Source: Stellaceae bacterium
GTDB lineage: Bacteria > Pseudomonadota > Alphaproteobacteria > ATCC43930 > CGMCC-115725
NCBI GenBank assembly: GCA_035581425.1
Contig: DATJVP010000081.1
Location: 6 to 64,005 of the forward strand
Length of the DNA stretch: 64,000 nt
Direction of reading: 5' to 3'
Shown piece by piece: positions 19,832-29,663 of the stretch. Position numbers and translations under genes: made by a program. Within the stretch, counting starts at the first letter, position 1. Every line of letters starts with the position of its first letter. Under the pieces are notes generated by a model. That model did no database searches, was not told where the DNA came from, and worked only from the letters and a program-made list of their open reading frames with translations.

Positions 19832-20221
19832 CTAGGACGGGATGGGAGGTGCCCGAGGCGCGTAGGGCATATGCGTGTTGTATCGTGACGCCGTCGTTGC
19901 GGCCGCGAGCGAGAGGTGCGTGACCGCCTCGCCGCAGGGCGGCGTGACATCGATGGGCGAGGGCAGCGTCGCCGCCGCGAGCCCCGCCGAGAAGGCGACG
20001 CAGATCGCGCAGCCGTCGTGATGATGATGCTGGCCATGACCGTGGCGGTGCGCGTGGCCTGGGTCATCCCCGTGCTCGTGCGCCGCGAGCGAGGCATCCT
20101 CTGAGCGCAGATGGCCCAGCGCATGGAGGATGTCGGTCGTGAAGTGATACGGCAGATAGCAACTCGCCGCGATCGCAATCGCGCCGAGCCACGCTCCGAG
20201 TTTCATCCACCGCCGCCGCAT
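19832..20221 (-). CDS. His-rich membrane-anchored protein, DUF2946-like (putative metal binding)
   Basis: MRRRWMKLGAWLGAIAIAASCYL anchor, then HEHGDDPGHAHRHGHGQHHHHDGCAICVAFSAGLAAATLP. The ORF-track start at 20290 is possible; the internal ATGs at 20221 or 20206 are more likely. Confidence 0.5.
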   Translation of the reverse strand: MRRRWMKLGAWLGAIAIAASCYLPYHFTTDILHALGHLRSEDASLAAHEHGDDPGHAHRHGHGQHHHHDGCAICVAFSAGLAAATLPSPIDVTPPCGEAVTHLSLAAATTASRYNTHMPYAPRAPPIPS

Positions 20222-20341
20222 CGCCCGCTTTCCCCCATCATCGCTGTCGCCAGCAGGCCCCGACACCCTAGACTCCATCGCACCGCGCATACAGAGGCCT
20301 TCACCGGCATGTGATGGTAGCGCGTCGCGCGCCTCCGGCCT

Positions 20342-20371
20342 TTGACGCTCGCTCCCCGCGCCCGCTAGACT
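20342..20371 (+). promoter_or_regulatory. candidate sigma70-type promoter TTGACG-N18-TAGACT upstream of maeB
   Basis: Read directly: TTGACG at 20342-20347 and TAGACT at 20366-20371, about 40-70 nt upstream of the candidate maeB starts. Confidence 0.3.
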
Positions 20372-20408
20372 GGCCCCTTAACCATGCGAGGCCGCGCCAA
20401 ATCGGCGT

Positions 20409-22715
20409 TTGCGCCTTGAATCAAAACGGGGAAACGCCTTGTCTTCGACCGAAACCGCTGCCGTCCGCGTGACCGAGGAGGAGGCGCTCCGCTTCCATTC
20501 CGAGGGCCAGCCGGGAAAACTCGCGATCTCACCCACGAAGGCGCTCACCACGCAGCTCGATCTCTCGCTCGCCTATTCGCCGGGGGTGGCGTTTCCCTGC
20601 CTCCACATCCAGAAAAATCCGTCTTCCGCCTACGACTACACCGCCAAGGGCAATCTCGTGGCGGTGATCTCGAACGGGACGGCGGTGTTGGGGTTGGGCG
20701 ATCTCGGTGCGCTCGCGGCGAAGCCTGTTATGGAGGGCAAGGCCGTCCTCTTCAAACGCTTCGCGGGGATCGACGCCGTCGATCTCGAGATCGACACCAA
20801 GGAGGTCGACGCCTTCGTCAATTGCGTGCGCTACCTCCATCCGGCCTTCGGCGGGATCAATCTCGAGGACATCAAGGCGCCGGAGTGCTTCATCATCGAG
20901 CAGCGCCTGCGCGAGCTCCTGGACATTCCGGTCTTCCACGACGACCAGCACGGCACGGCGATCATTGCGACCGCCGCGCTCATCAACGCGCTTCATCTCA
21001 CGGGGCGCAGCCTCAAGGAGATCAAGCTCGTGGTGAATGGCGCGGGCGCCGCTTCGATCGCCTGCGTCGAGCTTCTGAAATCGATGGGAATGCCGCACGA
21101 GCACGCGATCCTCTGCGACACCAAGGGCGTGCTCTATGCCGGCCGCACCGAGGGCATGAACCAGTGGAAGTCCGCGCATGCCGTCGAGACCAAGCGCCGC
21201 ACGCTCGCGGACGCGCTGGAGGGCGCGGACGTCTTCTTCGGTCTTTCCGCAAAAGGCGCGGTGACGCAGGCCATGGTGAAGTCGATGGCGGCGAAGCCCA
21301 TGATCGCGGCGATGGCGAATCCCGATCCCGAGATCATGCCGGAGGACGTGAAGGCCGTACGCTCCGACGCGATCATTTGCACCGGGCGCTCGGACTACCC
21401 AAACCAGATCAACAACGTCCTCGGATTCCCCTACATCTTCCGCGGCGCGCTCGACGTGCGCGCCTCCACCATCAACGACGCCATGAAGATCGCCGCCGCC
21501 GAAGCGCTTGCGGCCTTGGCGCGTGAGGACGTGCCGGACGAGGTTGCGGCGGCTTATTCGGGACAGCGCCTCCAATATGGGCCCGACTACATCGTGCCGA
21601 CGCCCTTCGATCCCCGCCTCATCTGGGCGGTGCCTTCGGCGGTCGCGAAGGCCGCCATGGCGAGCGGCGTCGCGCGGCGGCCGATCAAGGATATGGATGG
21701 GTATCGCTCGAGCCTCCGCGGCCGGCTCGATCCGACCGCGGCGACGCTCCAGCGCATCTTCGACGAGGTCCGCGCGCACCCCAAGCGCGTGGTCTTCGCG
21801 GAAGGTGAGGAGGAATCGGTGATCCGCGCAGCCCTCGCCTTCCGCGCCAACGGCTACGGCACGCCCGTGCTGATCGGCCGCGAGGACCGCATCCGCGAGA
21901 CACTCAAGACGAGCGGACTTCAGGCGCCCGCCGATCTCGAGATGCACAACGCGCGGCTCTCGAAGCACAACCGCGCCTATGCCCAGCACCTCTACAAGCG
22001 CCTGCAGAGGAGGGGGATGCTCGAGCGCGACTGCCAACGGCTCGTCAACCAGGACCGCAACGTCTTCGCGGCCTGCATGGTCGCCTGCGGCGACGCCGAC
22101 GCGCTCGTCACGGGTGCCACGCGCAACTACTTCGATGCCTTCGACCAGGTCAAGCGCGTGCTCGGTCCGAAGCCGGGCCAGCGCGTCTTCGGCCTCGCGA
22201 TGCTGATCTCGCGCGGCAAGGTCGTCTTCATCGCGGATACCACCGCGCACGCCTATCCCACGGGCGAGGAGATCGCGGACATCGCGGTGCAGTCGGCGGC
22301 GAAGGCGCGGCAAATGGGGCAGGAGCCGCGCGTCGCGCTGCTCTCCTTCTCGAATTTCGGCAATCCCACGCGGCCCGAGAACCAGCGCGTGCGGGATGGG
22401 GTGGCGCTCCTCGATGCACGCAAGCTCGATTTCGAATATGACGGCGAGATGAGCGCGGACGTGGCACTCGATTTCCGGCTGATGCGCGATCGCTACCCGT
22501 TCTGCCGCCTCACCGGACCCGCGAACGTCCTCATCATGCCGGGCCTTCACTCCGCCAATCTGGGCTCGCAGCTCCTGGAGCAGCTCGGCGGCGGGATCCA
22601 TGTGGGCCCGCTCATCATCGGCCTCTCGAAGCCTGCTCAGGTGCTGGAGATGGGCTCGACGGTCTCCGACCTCGTCAACCTCGCGGCGCTCGCAGCGCAC
22701 GAGGCGATCCGCTGA
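20409..22715 (+). CDS. maeB: NADP-dependent malic enzyme (malic enzyme domain plus phosphate-acetyltransferase-like domain)
   Basis: 768 aa. [11 protein letters not shown], the [12 protein letters not shown] motif, VVNGAGAA, and a PTA-like C-terminal half. TTG start at 20409; the alternative TTG at 20439 has a better-placed GGGGA. Confidence 0.95.
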   Translation: MRLESKRGNALSSTETAAVRVTEEEALRFHSEGQPGKLAISPTKALTTQLDLSLAYSPGVAFPCLHIQKNPSSAYDYTAKGNLVAVISNGTAVLGLGDLGALAAKPVMEGKAVLFKRFAGIDAVDLEIDTKEVDAFVNCVRYLHPAFGGINLEDIKAPECFIIEQRLRELLDIPVFHDDQHGTAIIATAALINALHLTGRSLKEIKLVVNGAGAASIACVELLKSMGMPHEHAILCDTKGVLYAGRTEGMNQWKSAHAVETKRRTLADALEGADVFFGLSAKGAVTQAMVKSMAAKPMIAAMANPDPEIMPEDVKAVRSDAIICTGRSDYPNQINNVLGFPYIFRGALDVRASTINDAMKIAAAEALAALAREDVPDEVAAAYSGQRLQYGPDYIVPTPFDPRLIWAVPSAVAKAAMASGVARRPIKDMDGYRSSLRGRLDPTAATLQRIFDEVRAHPKRVVFAEGEEESVIRAALAFRANGYGTPVLIGREDRIRETLKTSGLQAPADLEMHNARLSKHNRAYAQHLYKRLQRRGMLERDCQRLVNQDRNVFAACMVACGDADALVTGATRNYFDAFDQVKRVLGPKPGQRVFGLAMLISRGKVVFIADTTAHAYPTGEEIADIAVQSAAKARQMGQEPRVALLSFSNFGNPTRPENQRVRDGVALLDARKLDFEYDGEMSADVALDFRLMRDRYPFCRLTGPANVLIMPGLHSANLGSQLLEQLGGGIHVGPLIIGLSKPAQVLEMGSTVSDLVNLAALAAHEAIR

Positions 22716-22731
22716 GCCCGGGCGTCCCGCG

Positions 22732-24114
22732 ATGACGAGGCGGGGCCCGCCTATATTGCGGATCATGGCGGGCTCGCTGCTGCTGGCCTCTCCGGCGCTT
22801 GTCGCTTTGGCGGTGTTGACGGCGGCGGGTACGGTTGCACCGGCGACGGCGGCGCTTGCGGGTGTCGCGATCTATGCTGCGACGGCGCTGCTCTCCGGTC
22901 CGCTCTTCTCGGGGCTCGCGCAGGTCAGGGCGGCGCTTCAGTCGCTGAGCGGCGGCGCCACCCAGCTCCCGGAAATCGTGACGCTGAGCCCCACTGCCCG
23001 CGAGCTCGGCCGCGAGGTCGGCCGTTTCTCGCGTGCGCTCCGCGACAGCATCCAGCGGAGCGAGGAGGCGCGCGCGAGTGCGGAGCGCGTGCTGGCGGCG
23101 CTCCCGGAGCCGCTGCTGCTCATAGACCGCGAGCGCCGGATCGTGAGCGCAAACCCCTCGGCCTCGGAGCTCCTGGGGCCGCGCCTTGCGGGCCGCGATC
23201 TCGGCGCGGCGCTCCGCGTCCCTACCGTGCTGGAGGCGGCGGATGCCGTGCTGCGAGGTGGCGACGGCCGCACCGTCGAGGTCGATTTGCCGGGGCCGGT
23301 CGAGCGGCACTTGAGCGCGCAGGTGGCGCCGCTCCGCCCACCCACCGCCGACGGCGCAGCGGTGGTGCTCACGCTCACGGACATCACGGCCTCCAAGCGC
23401 AGCGAGCGTATGCGGCAAGACTTCGTCGCCAATGCGAGCCACGAGCTCCGGACGCCGCTCGCGACCCTCGTGGGCTTCATCGAGACGCTGCGCGGCCCCG
23501 CGCGCGAGGACGCAGCGGCGCAGGACCGCTTCCTCTCGATCATGGCCGAGCAGGCGACGCGCATGGCGCGCCTCGTCGACGACCTGCTCTCGCTCTCCCG
23601 CATCGAGCTCAACGAGCACTTGCCGCCCAAGGAGCGCGTCGATCTCCGCCGCGTCCTCGCGGCGGTCGCGGACGGGCTCGAGCAGCGCGCGGAAAAGCGG
23701 CAGATGCGGATCGCGCTCTCGCTTCCGGAGGCGCTACCGGAGGTTATGGGCGATCCCGACGAGCTTGCGCAGGTGTTTCAGAACTTATTGGATAACGCGA
23801 TCAAGTACGGCAGGCCCGGGACCGAGGTCGAGGTCGGTGCCGACGCCTCACCGCGACGGCTCGGTGTCGCTGGGGTACAGGTGACCGTCCGTGACCATGG
23901 CGACGGCATCCTCAAGGAGCACATCCCACGGCTTACCGAGCGCTTTTACCGCGTCGACCCCGCGCGCTCGCGCGAGCTCGGCGGCACCGGGCTCGGACTT
24001 GCGATCGTGAAGCACATCGTCAATCACCACCGCGGCGTCCTCGACATTACCAGCGACATGGGTCAGGGGTCAGCCTTCACGGTCCATCTCAGGGTCGCCG
24101 ACCCATTCGATTGA
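22732..24114 (+). CDS. phoR: phosphate regulon sensor histidine kinase PhoR
   Basis: Two N-terminal TM segments, a PAS-like region, the H-box FVANASHELRTPL, an N-box and G-boxes (GGTGLGLAIVKH). It lies directly upstream of pstSCAB-phoU-phoB. Start at ATG 22732. Confidence 0.9.
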   Translation: MTRRGPPILRIMAGSLLLASPALVALAVLTAAGTVAPATAALAGVAIYAATALLSGPLFSGLAQVRAALQSLSGGATQLPEIVTLSPTARELGREVGRFSRALRDSIQRSEEARASAERVLAALPEPLLLIDRERRIVSANPSASELLGPRLAGRDLGAALRVPTVLEAADAVLRGGDGRTVEVDLPGPVERHLSAQVAPLRPPTADGAAVVLTLTDITASKRSERMRQDFVANASHELRTPLATLVGFIETLRGPAREDAAAQDRFLSIMAEQATRMARLVDDLLSLSRIELNEHLPPKERVDLRRVLAAVADGLEQRAEKRQMRIALSLPEALPEVMGDPDELAQVFQNLLDNAIKYGRPGTEVEVGADASPRRLGVAGVQVTVRDHGDGILKEHIPRLTERFYRVDPARSRELGGTGLGLAIVKHIVNHHRGVLDITSDMGQGSAFTVHLRVADPFD

Positions 24115-24158
24115 GATGTTCTTTCAATGACTTGGTTCGGTTAAATATTCGTAATCGA

Positions 24159-24187
24159 CTGTAACATTACTGCAATCCCGCTGTCAT
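24159..24187 (+). promoter_or_regulatory. Pho box: three 7-bp direct repeats at 11-bp phasing (CTGTAAC / CTGCAAT / CTGTCAT)
   Basis: Read directly: repeats start at 24159, 24170 and 24181, about 100 nt upstream of the pstS GTG. They match the PhoB-box logic CTGTCAT-N4-CTGTCAT. Confidence 0.7.
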
Positions 24188-24283
24188 ATCCTCGTCGCCG
24201 CCGCCGCGCTATCGACGGGCTGCGACAGGGCGGCAAGTCTGCCGGCTCAAGCGGACCAATTCCAAATCGGGGAGATCTGGCAC

Positions 24284-25336
24284 GTGAAGGCAAAAACCAT
24301 CCTTCTGCTGGGCGCGCTCACGGCGTCGCTCGGCTTCATCGGCGCGGGCGCGCAGGCCCAAAACCTCTCGGGAGCCGGCGGCACGGCGATCTATCCCGTG
24401 CTCTCGAAATGGGCGGAGGAGTACAAGAAGGCAACCGGCGTTGCCGTCAACTACCAGGCGATTGGCTCTGGCGGCGGCATTGCGCAGATAAAGGCGAAGA
24501 CCGTCGACTTCGCGAACAGCGACAAGCCGCTGACGCCTGACGAACTCGCGGCCGCGGGCCTCGTGCAGTTCCCGCAGGTCGTCATCTCGATCACCCCCGT
24601 GGTGAACGTCGAAGGCGTGAAGCCGGGTGAGCTCGTCCTCGACGGGCCGACGCTCGCGGACATCTTCCTCGGCAAGATCACCGACTGGGACGATGAGGCG
24701 ATCAAGAAGCTCAATCCGAAGGTGAAGCTGCCCAAGGCGAAGATCACGACCGTCCATCGCTCGGACGGCTCGGGCACGACCTTCAACTTCACGGACTACC
24801 TCGGCAAGGTGAGTCCGGAATGGAAGCAGAAGGTTGGCTCCGACACCTCCGTCTCCTGGCCGACGGGCGTGGGCGGCAAGGGCAATGCCGGCGTCGCGCA
24901 ATACGTCAATCAGGTCAAGGGCGCGATCGGCTATGTCGAGTACGCCTACGTGATTGAGAACAAGATGGTCTACACCAAGATGGTGAATCAGGCCGGCAAC
25001 ACCATCGAACCGACCATGGCGGCGTTCCAAGCGGCGGCCTCCAATGCCGACTTCACGAAGGTGAAGGACTTCTACCTGATCCTCACCAACCAGCCCGGCG
25101 ACAAGAGCTGGCCCATCACGGCCGCGACTTACATGCTCATGCGCAAGGACTATCCCGCGGACAAGAACCAGGCCGTGCTGAAGTTCTTGGACTGGGCGTT
25201 GAAGAAGGGCCAGAAGCAGGCCGAGGCGCTCGCCTACGTCCCGATGCCTGACGCCGTCGTCAAGCAGATCGAGGACGCCTGGGCCGTGAACTTCGTCACT
25301 GACGGCAAGCCGATCTGGCCCGTCGCGATGAAATAA
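24284..25336 (+). CDS. pstS: phosphate ABC transporter substrate-binding protein PstS
   Basis: 350 aa. Signal peptide, SGAGGTAIYP, SDGSGTTFNFT. Confidence 0.95.
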   Translation: MKAKTILLLGALTASLGFIGAGAQAQNLSGAGGTAIYPVLSKWAEEYKKATGVAVNYQAIGSGGGIAQIKAKTVDFANSDKPLTPDELAAAGLVQFPQVVISITPVVNVEGVKPGELVLDGPTLADIFLGKITDWDDEAIKKLNPKVKLPKAKITTVHRSDGSGTTFNFTDYLGKVSPEWKQKVGSDTSVSWPTGVGGKGNAGVAQYVNQVKGAIGYVEYAYVIENKMVYTKMVNQAGNTIEPTMAAFQAAASNADFTKVKDFYLILTNQPGDKSWPITAATYMLMRKDYPADKNQAVLKFLDWALKKGQKQAEALAYVPMPDAVVKQIEDAWAVNFVTDGKPIWPVAMK

Positions 25337-25416
25337 GGGTCTGGGAACGACGTCCGTAACCAAACGCGGGGCGAGTCGCTAGCGGCTCGCCCCGCCCTTC
25401 TCGAAAGCGCCCTGCC

Positions 25417-26379
25417 GTGGTCGACGCTGTCATCAGGGAAAGCGGCATCGGAACGCGCGGGCGTGCGCTCGACGTCGTCTTCCGCGCCGCCACATTCTTT
25501 TTCGCTATCCTCGTCCTGGTCATCCTCTTCGGCATCGTGGCGGCGCTCATCGACGGCGCGCTTCCCGCGCTGAAGCAGTTCGGCTTTGCTTTCATCGTCG
25601 ACAGCAGTTGGGATCCGGTGAAGCAGATCTTCGGGGCCTTTCCCGCGATCTACGGCACCCTCATCACCTCTTTCATCGCCATGCTGATCGGCATTCCGCT
25701 CGCCTTCGGCATCGCGATCTTCATCACCGAGCTTTGCCCGCCGTGGCTCAAGCGCCCGATCGGCACGCTGATCGAGCTGCTCGCGGCCATTCCCAGCATC
25801 ATCTACGGCATCTGGGGCCTCTTCGTCTTGGCGCCGATGCTGCAGTCGCATGTGCAGCCCTTCCTGGTCGAGACGCTCGGCGCGATTCCCCTGATCGGGT
25901 TCCTATTCGAGGGCGCGCCGCTGGGTGTCGGCATGCTCACCGCCGGGATTATCCTCTCGATCATGGTGCTGCCCTTCATCACCTCGGTGATGCGCGACGT
26001 CTTCGAGACAGTGCCGACGGTGCTCAAGGAATCCGCCTACGGCATCGGCGCCACCACCTTCGAGGTGGTCTGGAACATCGTGCTGCCCTATACGAGAACC
26101 GGCGTCATCGGCGGCGTCATGCTGGGCCTCGGGCGCGCGCTCGGCGAGACCATGGCCGTCACCTTCGTGATCGGCAACTCGCACCAGTTCATGACTTCGC
26201 TGCTGGCACCGGGAACGACGATCTCCGCGACGCTCGCCAACGAATTCAGCGAGGCGGACACGCCAATCTACCTCTCGGTGATGTTTGCGCTCGGCCTCAT
26301 CCTCTCGGTGATCACGCTGCTGGTGCTGGCCGCCGCGAAGTTCATGCTGTCCCGCATGGAACGGCAGGGCGGGAGCTGA
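25417..26379 (+). CDS. pstC: phosphate ABC transporter permease PstC
   Basis: 320 aa, polytopic, with a PstC-type EAA region ([20 protein letters not shown]). Confidence 0.93.
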   Translation: MVDAVIRESGIGTRGRALDVVFRAATFFFAILVLVILFGIVAALIDGALPALKQFGFAFIVDSSWDPVKQIFGAFPAIYGTLITSFIAMLIGIPLAFGIAIFITELCPPWLKRPIGTLIELLAAIPSIIYGIWGLFVLAPMLQSHVQPFLVETLGAIPLIGFLFEGAPLGVGMLTAGIILSIMVLPFITSVMRDVFETVPTVLKESAYGIGATTFEVVWNIVLPYTRTGVIGGVMLGLGRALGETMAVTFVIGNSHQFMTSLLAPGTTISATLANEFSEADTPIYLSVMFALGLILSVITLLVLAAAKFMLSRMERQGGS

Positions 26380-26384
26380 ACCCC

Positions 26385-27233
26385 ATGAACCCATACGCCC
26401 GCCGCCGCCTCGTCAACATGACCGTCCTCAGCCTCTCGCTCGCGGCGACGGCGATTGGCATCATCTGGCTCGCGGCGATCCTCTGGACCTTGCTGGAGAA
26501 CGGCATCGCCGCCCTCGACGTCGATTTCTTCACGCTGGACACGCCGGGCTCCGGCAGCGACGGCGGCGGGCTCCGCAACGCAATCTTCGGCAGCCTCATC
26601 ATGACCGCGCTCGGCACCTTCGTCGGCGCTCCCATCGGCATCCTCGCGGGCACTTTCCTTGCGGAGTTCGGGCGCGGCAATCCGCTGGCGCCGGCGGTGC
26701 GATTCATCAACGACATCCTCCTGAGCGCACCCTCGATCATCGTCGGCGTCTTCGTCTACGAGGCGATGGTGCTCCGCATGGGCCACTACTCGGCCTGGGC
26801 GGGCGCCGTGGCGCTCGGGATCATCGTCATACCCGTGGTGATCCGCACCACCGAGAACATGCTGAACCTCGTGCCCGGAAGCCTCCGCGAGGCGGCTTTC
26901 GCGCTGGGCACGCCGAAGTGGAAGGTGATCGTCTTCATCACCTACCGCGCGGCGATGCAAGGCATGCTGACGGGCGTGCTCCTCGCGGTCGCGCGCGTCT
27001 CCGGCGAGACCGCGCCGCTCCTCTTCACCGTCGTCAACAACCAGTTCTGGCAGGGTGTCGCCATGGACGCCCAGATGGCCAACCTCCCGGTGGTGATCTT
27101 CCAATTCGCGATGAGTCCCGACCACAATTGGCAGCGCCTCGCCTGGGGCGGCGCGCTCGTCATCACCTTCGCGATCCTGATCTTGAATATCTCCGCTCGC
27201 CTACTCGCCAATCTCAGGGGCTTCAGCAAATGA
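26385..27233 (+). CDS. pstA: phosphate ABC transporter permease PstA
   Basis: Internal ATG 26385 of the 541-aa ORF ([17 protein letters not shown]...), with [15 protein letters not shown]. It starts 6 nt after the pstC stop. Confidence 0.92.
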   Translation: MNPYARRRLVNMTVLSLSLAATAIGIIWLAAILWTLLENGIAALDVDFFTLDTPGSGSDGGGLRNAIFGSLIMTALGTFVGAPIGILAGTFLAEFGRGNPLAPAVRFINDILLSAPSIIVGVFVYEAMVLRMGHYSAWAGAVALGIIVIPVVIRTTENMLNLVPGSLREAAFALGTPKWKVIVFITYRAAMQGMLTGVLLAVARVSGETAPLLFTVVNNQFWQGVAMDAQMANLPVVIFQFAMSPDHNWQRLAWGGALVITFAILILNISARLLANLRGFSK

Positions 27234-28135
27234 GCACCGACGCCTCCCTCACGCCGCCCGAACAGCGCCGGCCGCCGGCCGTCACTGCTTTCCGTGCCGA
27301 TGGCGGCAGCGCTACTCCGACCCATGCCGCGACCTTCCCGCAGCAGCCGCTGCGGCCCACGGAAGCCGCCAAGCCCGTGACGCCGGACAAGGTGGTCGTG
27401 CGGAACCTCTATTTCTTCTACAAGAAATACGAGGCGCTTCACGGCATCAACCTGGCGCTCCGCGACAAGCGTGTGACGGCCTTCATCGGCCCCTCCGGCT
27501 GCGGCAAGTCGACCTTGCTGCGCATCCTCAACCGCATCTACCAGCTCTATCCCGAGCAGCGCGCGACCGGCGAGGTTATGGTCGATGGCCAGAACATCCT
27601 CGACCCCAAGGTCGATCTCAATCTGCTGCGCGCGAAGATCGGCATGGTATTCCAGAAACCCACGCCCTTCCCGATGTCGATCTACGACAACATCGCCTTC
27701 GGCATCCGCCTCTACGAGAAGCTGCCGCCTTCCGAGCTCGACGAGCGCGTGGAATCGGCGATCCGACGCGCCGCGCTTTGGGACGAGGTCAAGGACAAGC
27801 TGAAGCAGAGCGGCTTGAGCCTCTCCGGCGGCCAGCAGCAGCGACTCTGCATTGCGCGCGCAATCGCGGTGAAGCCGGAGATCCTGCTCCTCGACGAGCC
27901 CGCCTCCGCGCTCGATCCGATCTCGACCCAGCGCATCGAGGAGCTCATCGGCGAGCTCAAGACCGACTACTGCATCGCGATCGTCACACACAACATGCAG
28001 CAGGCGGCGCGCGCCTCGGACTACACGGCCTTCATGTATCTGGGTGAGCTCGTGGAGTTCGACGAGACCGAGGCGATCTTCACGCATCCCAAGAACAAGC
28101 GTACTGAGGACTACATCACCGGCCGCTTCGGCTGA
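27230..28135 (+). CDS. pstB: phosphate ABC transporter ATP-binding protein PstB, with a long N-terminal extension
   Basis: Walker [10 protein letters not shown], signature LSGGQQQR, Walker B LLLDEP. ATG 27230 overlaps the pstA stop (ATGA). About 54 aa precede the first ABC beta-strand. Confidence 0.93.
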   Translation: MSTDASLTPPEQRRPPAVTAFRADGGSATPTHAATFPQQPLRPTEAAKPVTPDKVVVRNLYFFYKKYEALHGINLALRDKRVTAFIGPSGCGKSTLLRILNRIYQLYPEQRATGEVMVDGQNILDPKVDLNLLRAKIGMVFQKPTPFPMSIYDNIAFGIRLYEKLPPSELDERVESAIRRAALWDEVKDKLKQSGLSLSGGQQQRLCIARAIAVKPEILLLDEPASALDPISTQRIEELIGELKTDYCIAIVTHNMQQAARASDYTAFMYLGELVEFDETEAIFTHPKNKRTEDYITGRFG

Positions 28136-28151
28136 CCGACGAGAGGGGCGC

Positions 28152-28916
28152 ATGGTATCCGAACACATCGTCAAGAGTTACGACGAGGAGCTGCGGCGTC
28201 TCGACAACGCCCTCACCCAGATGGGAGGGCTCGCGGAGACGCAGATCGCGACGGCGATAGATGCGGTCATGAAGCGCGACAGCCACCTCGCGACCGAGGT
28301 GGTCGAGGCCGATCCGCGCGTCGACCAGCTCGAGAGCGAGATCGAGCAGCTCGCAATCCGCCTCCTCGCACTGCGTCAGCCGATGGCGGTGGATCTCCGG
28401 CAGATCCTCTCCGCGCTCAAGACCGCGAGCGACCTGGAGCGCGTCGCCGATTACGCCGCCAACGTCGCCAAGCGCTCGATCGTGCTGAACCAGACGCCGC
28501 CGGTCCGTCCTGCCTTCTCCGTCCCACGCATGGGCCGGCTCGCACAAGCGATGATCAAGGACATCCTCGACGCCTATGTCGAGCGCGACGCCGACAAGGC
28601 GCTTCTCGTCTGGGCGCGCGACGAGGAGCTCGACGAGATGTACAACAGCCTCTTCCGTGAGCTCTTGACCTACATGATCGAGGACGCGCGGAACATCACG
28701 CCCTGCACGCATCTGCTCTTCATCGCAAAGAACATCGAGCGCATCGGCGACCACGCGACGAACATCGCCGAGACGCTCTACTTCATGGTGCATGGCTATC
28801 CGCTGCAGCAGGCGCGGCCGAAGCGCGACCAGACGAGTCTCTCCTCGGGGCCGGAGCCGGTGCCCGCGGAGGCCAGCAAGAACGGCTCCGGAGGCGCGGA
28901 GGGTAGCAAGCAGTGA
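28152..28916 (+). CDS. phoU: phosphate signalling complex protein PhoU
   Basis: Two PhoU repeats (DLERVADYAANVAKR and NIERIGDHATNIAE). Start at ATG 28152 after GAGAGGGG. Confidence 0.93.
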   Translation: MVSEHIVKSYDEELRRLDNALTQMGGLAETQIATAIDAVMKRDSHLATEVVEADPRVDQLESEIEQLAIRLLALRQPMAVDLRQILSALKTASDLERVADYAANVAKRSIVLNQTPPVRPAFSVPRMGRLAQAMIKDILDAYVERDADKALLVWARDEELDEMYNSLFRELLTYMIEDARNITPCTHLLFIAKNIERIGDHATNIAETLYFMVHGYPLQQARPKRDQTSLSSGPEPVPAEASKNGSGGAEGSKQ

Positions 28917-29605
28917 AGCCGCTGATCCTCGTCGTCGAGGACGAGCCCGCCCTCGCGACCCTGCTGCGCTACAACCTCGAGAAGGAGGGCTTCTCGGTCG
29001 CGGAGGCGCATGACGGCGAGGAGGCACTGCTGCAGCTTTCCGAACGCACGCCCGACGCGGTGCTTTTGGACTGGATGCTGCCGCAGGTCTCGGGCCTCGA
29101 GATCTGCCGCCGCATCCGCCGCACGCCGCAGTGGCGCGGCCTCCCCGTGATCATGTTGACCGCCAAGGGCGAGGAGGCGGATCGGGTCCGTGGGCTCGAG
29201 GGCGGCGCCGACGATTACGTCGTGAAGCCCTTTGGCGTCACCGAGCTGATGGCGCGCCTCAAGGCGGTGCTGCGCCGGGCCAAGCCCGCGGCCGGAGCCG
29301 AGACGCTCCGCTACGCCGATCTCGCCATGGATTTGGCAAGCCACCGCGTCACCCGGAACAGCACCCCCGTTCATTTGGGCCCGACCGAGTTCCGTCTCCT
29401 CCGCGTCCTGCTGGAGCGCCCCGGCCGCGTCTTCTCGCGCGAGCAGCTCCTGGATGCCGTCTGGGGCCGCGAGTCCGAGATCGAGCCGCGCACGGTCGAC
29501 GTCCACATCCGCCGCCTGCGCAAGGCCCTCAACGAGGGCGGTCGCCGCGATCTCATCCGCACCGTCCGCGCCGCCGGCTACGCCGTGGACCAGGCTGGGC
29601 GGTAG
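28913..29605 (+). CDS. phoB: phosphate regulon response regulator PhoB (OmpR family)
   Basis: 230 aa. REC domain (ILVVEDE ... LLDWMLP) plus a winged-helix output domain (VDVHIRRLRKAL). GTGA overlap with the phoU stop. Confidence 0.93.
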   Translation: MKPLILVVEDEPALATLLRYNLEKEGFSVAEAHDGEEALLQLSERTPDAVLLDWMLPQVSGLEICRRIRRTPQWRGLPVIMLTAKGEEADRVRGLEGGADDYVVKPFGVTELMARLKAVLRRAKPAAGAETLRYADLAMDLASHRVTRNSTPVHLGPTEFRLLRVLLERPGRVFSREQLLDAVWGRESEIEPRTVDVHIRRLRKALNEGGRRDLIRTVRAAGYAVDQAGR

Positions 29606-29663
29606 GCGTCCGCGACCCGCAATTCTCCGTCGCTGCGCAACGGGCGGATCGGGCTGGCGGGGG

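Noticed and set aside
19744-20178. 144-aa minus-strand ORF overlapping the DUF2946-like gene in another frame.
   Set aside because: Its product is extremely Arg/Ser/Thr-rich with no hydrophobic core or motif. The alternative frame gives a membrane anchor plus a His-rich CxxC protein that fits the copper context.
20378-20385. TTAACCAT, the CtrA half-site motif, upstream of maeB.
   Set aside because: It is a single 8-mer with no partner TTAA at N7 spacing. One or two chance occurrences are plausible in a 64 kb window read on both strands.
24141-24155. TTAA-N7-TAAT next to the Pho box.
   Set aside because: It sits in an AT-rich patch already explained by PhoB repeats, and the second half-site is degenerate. 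It is most likely coincidental.
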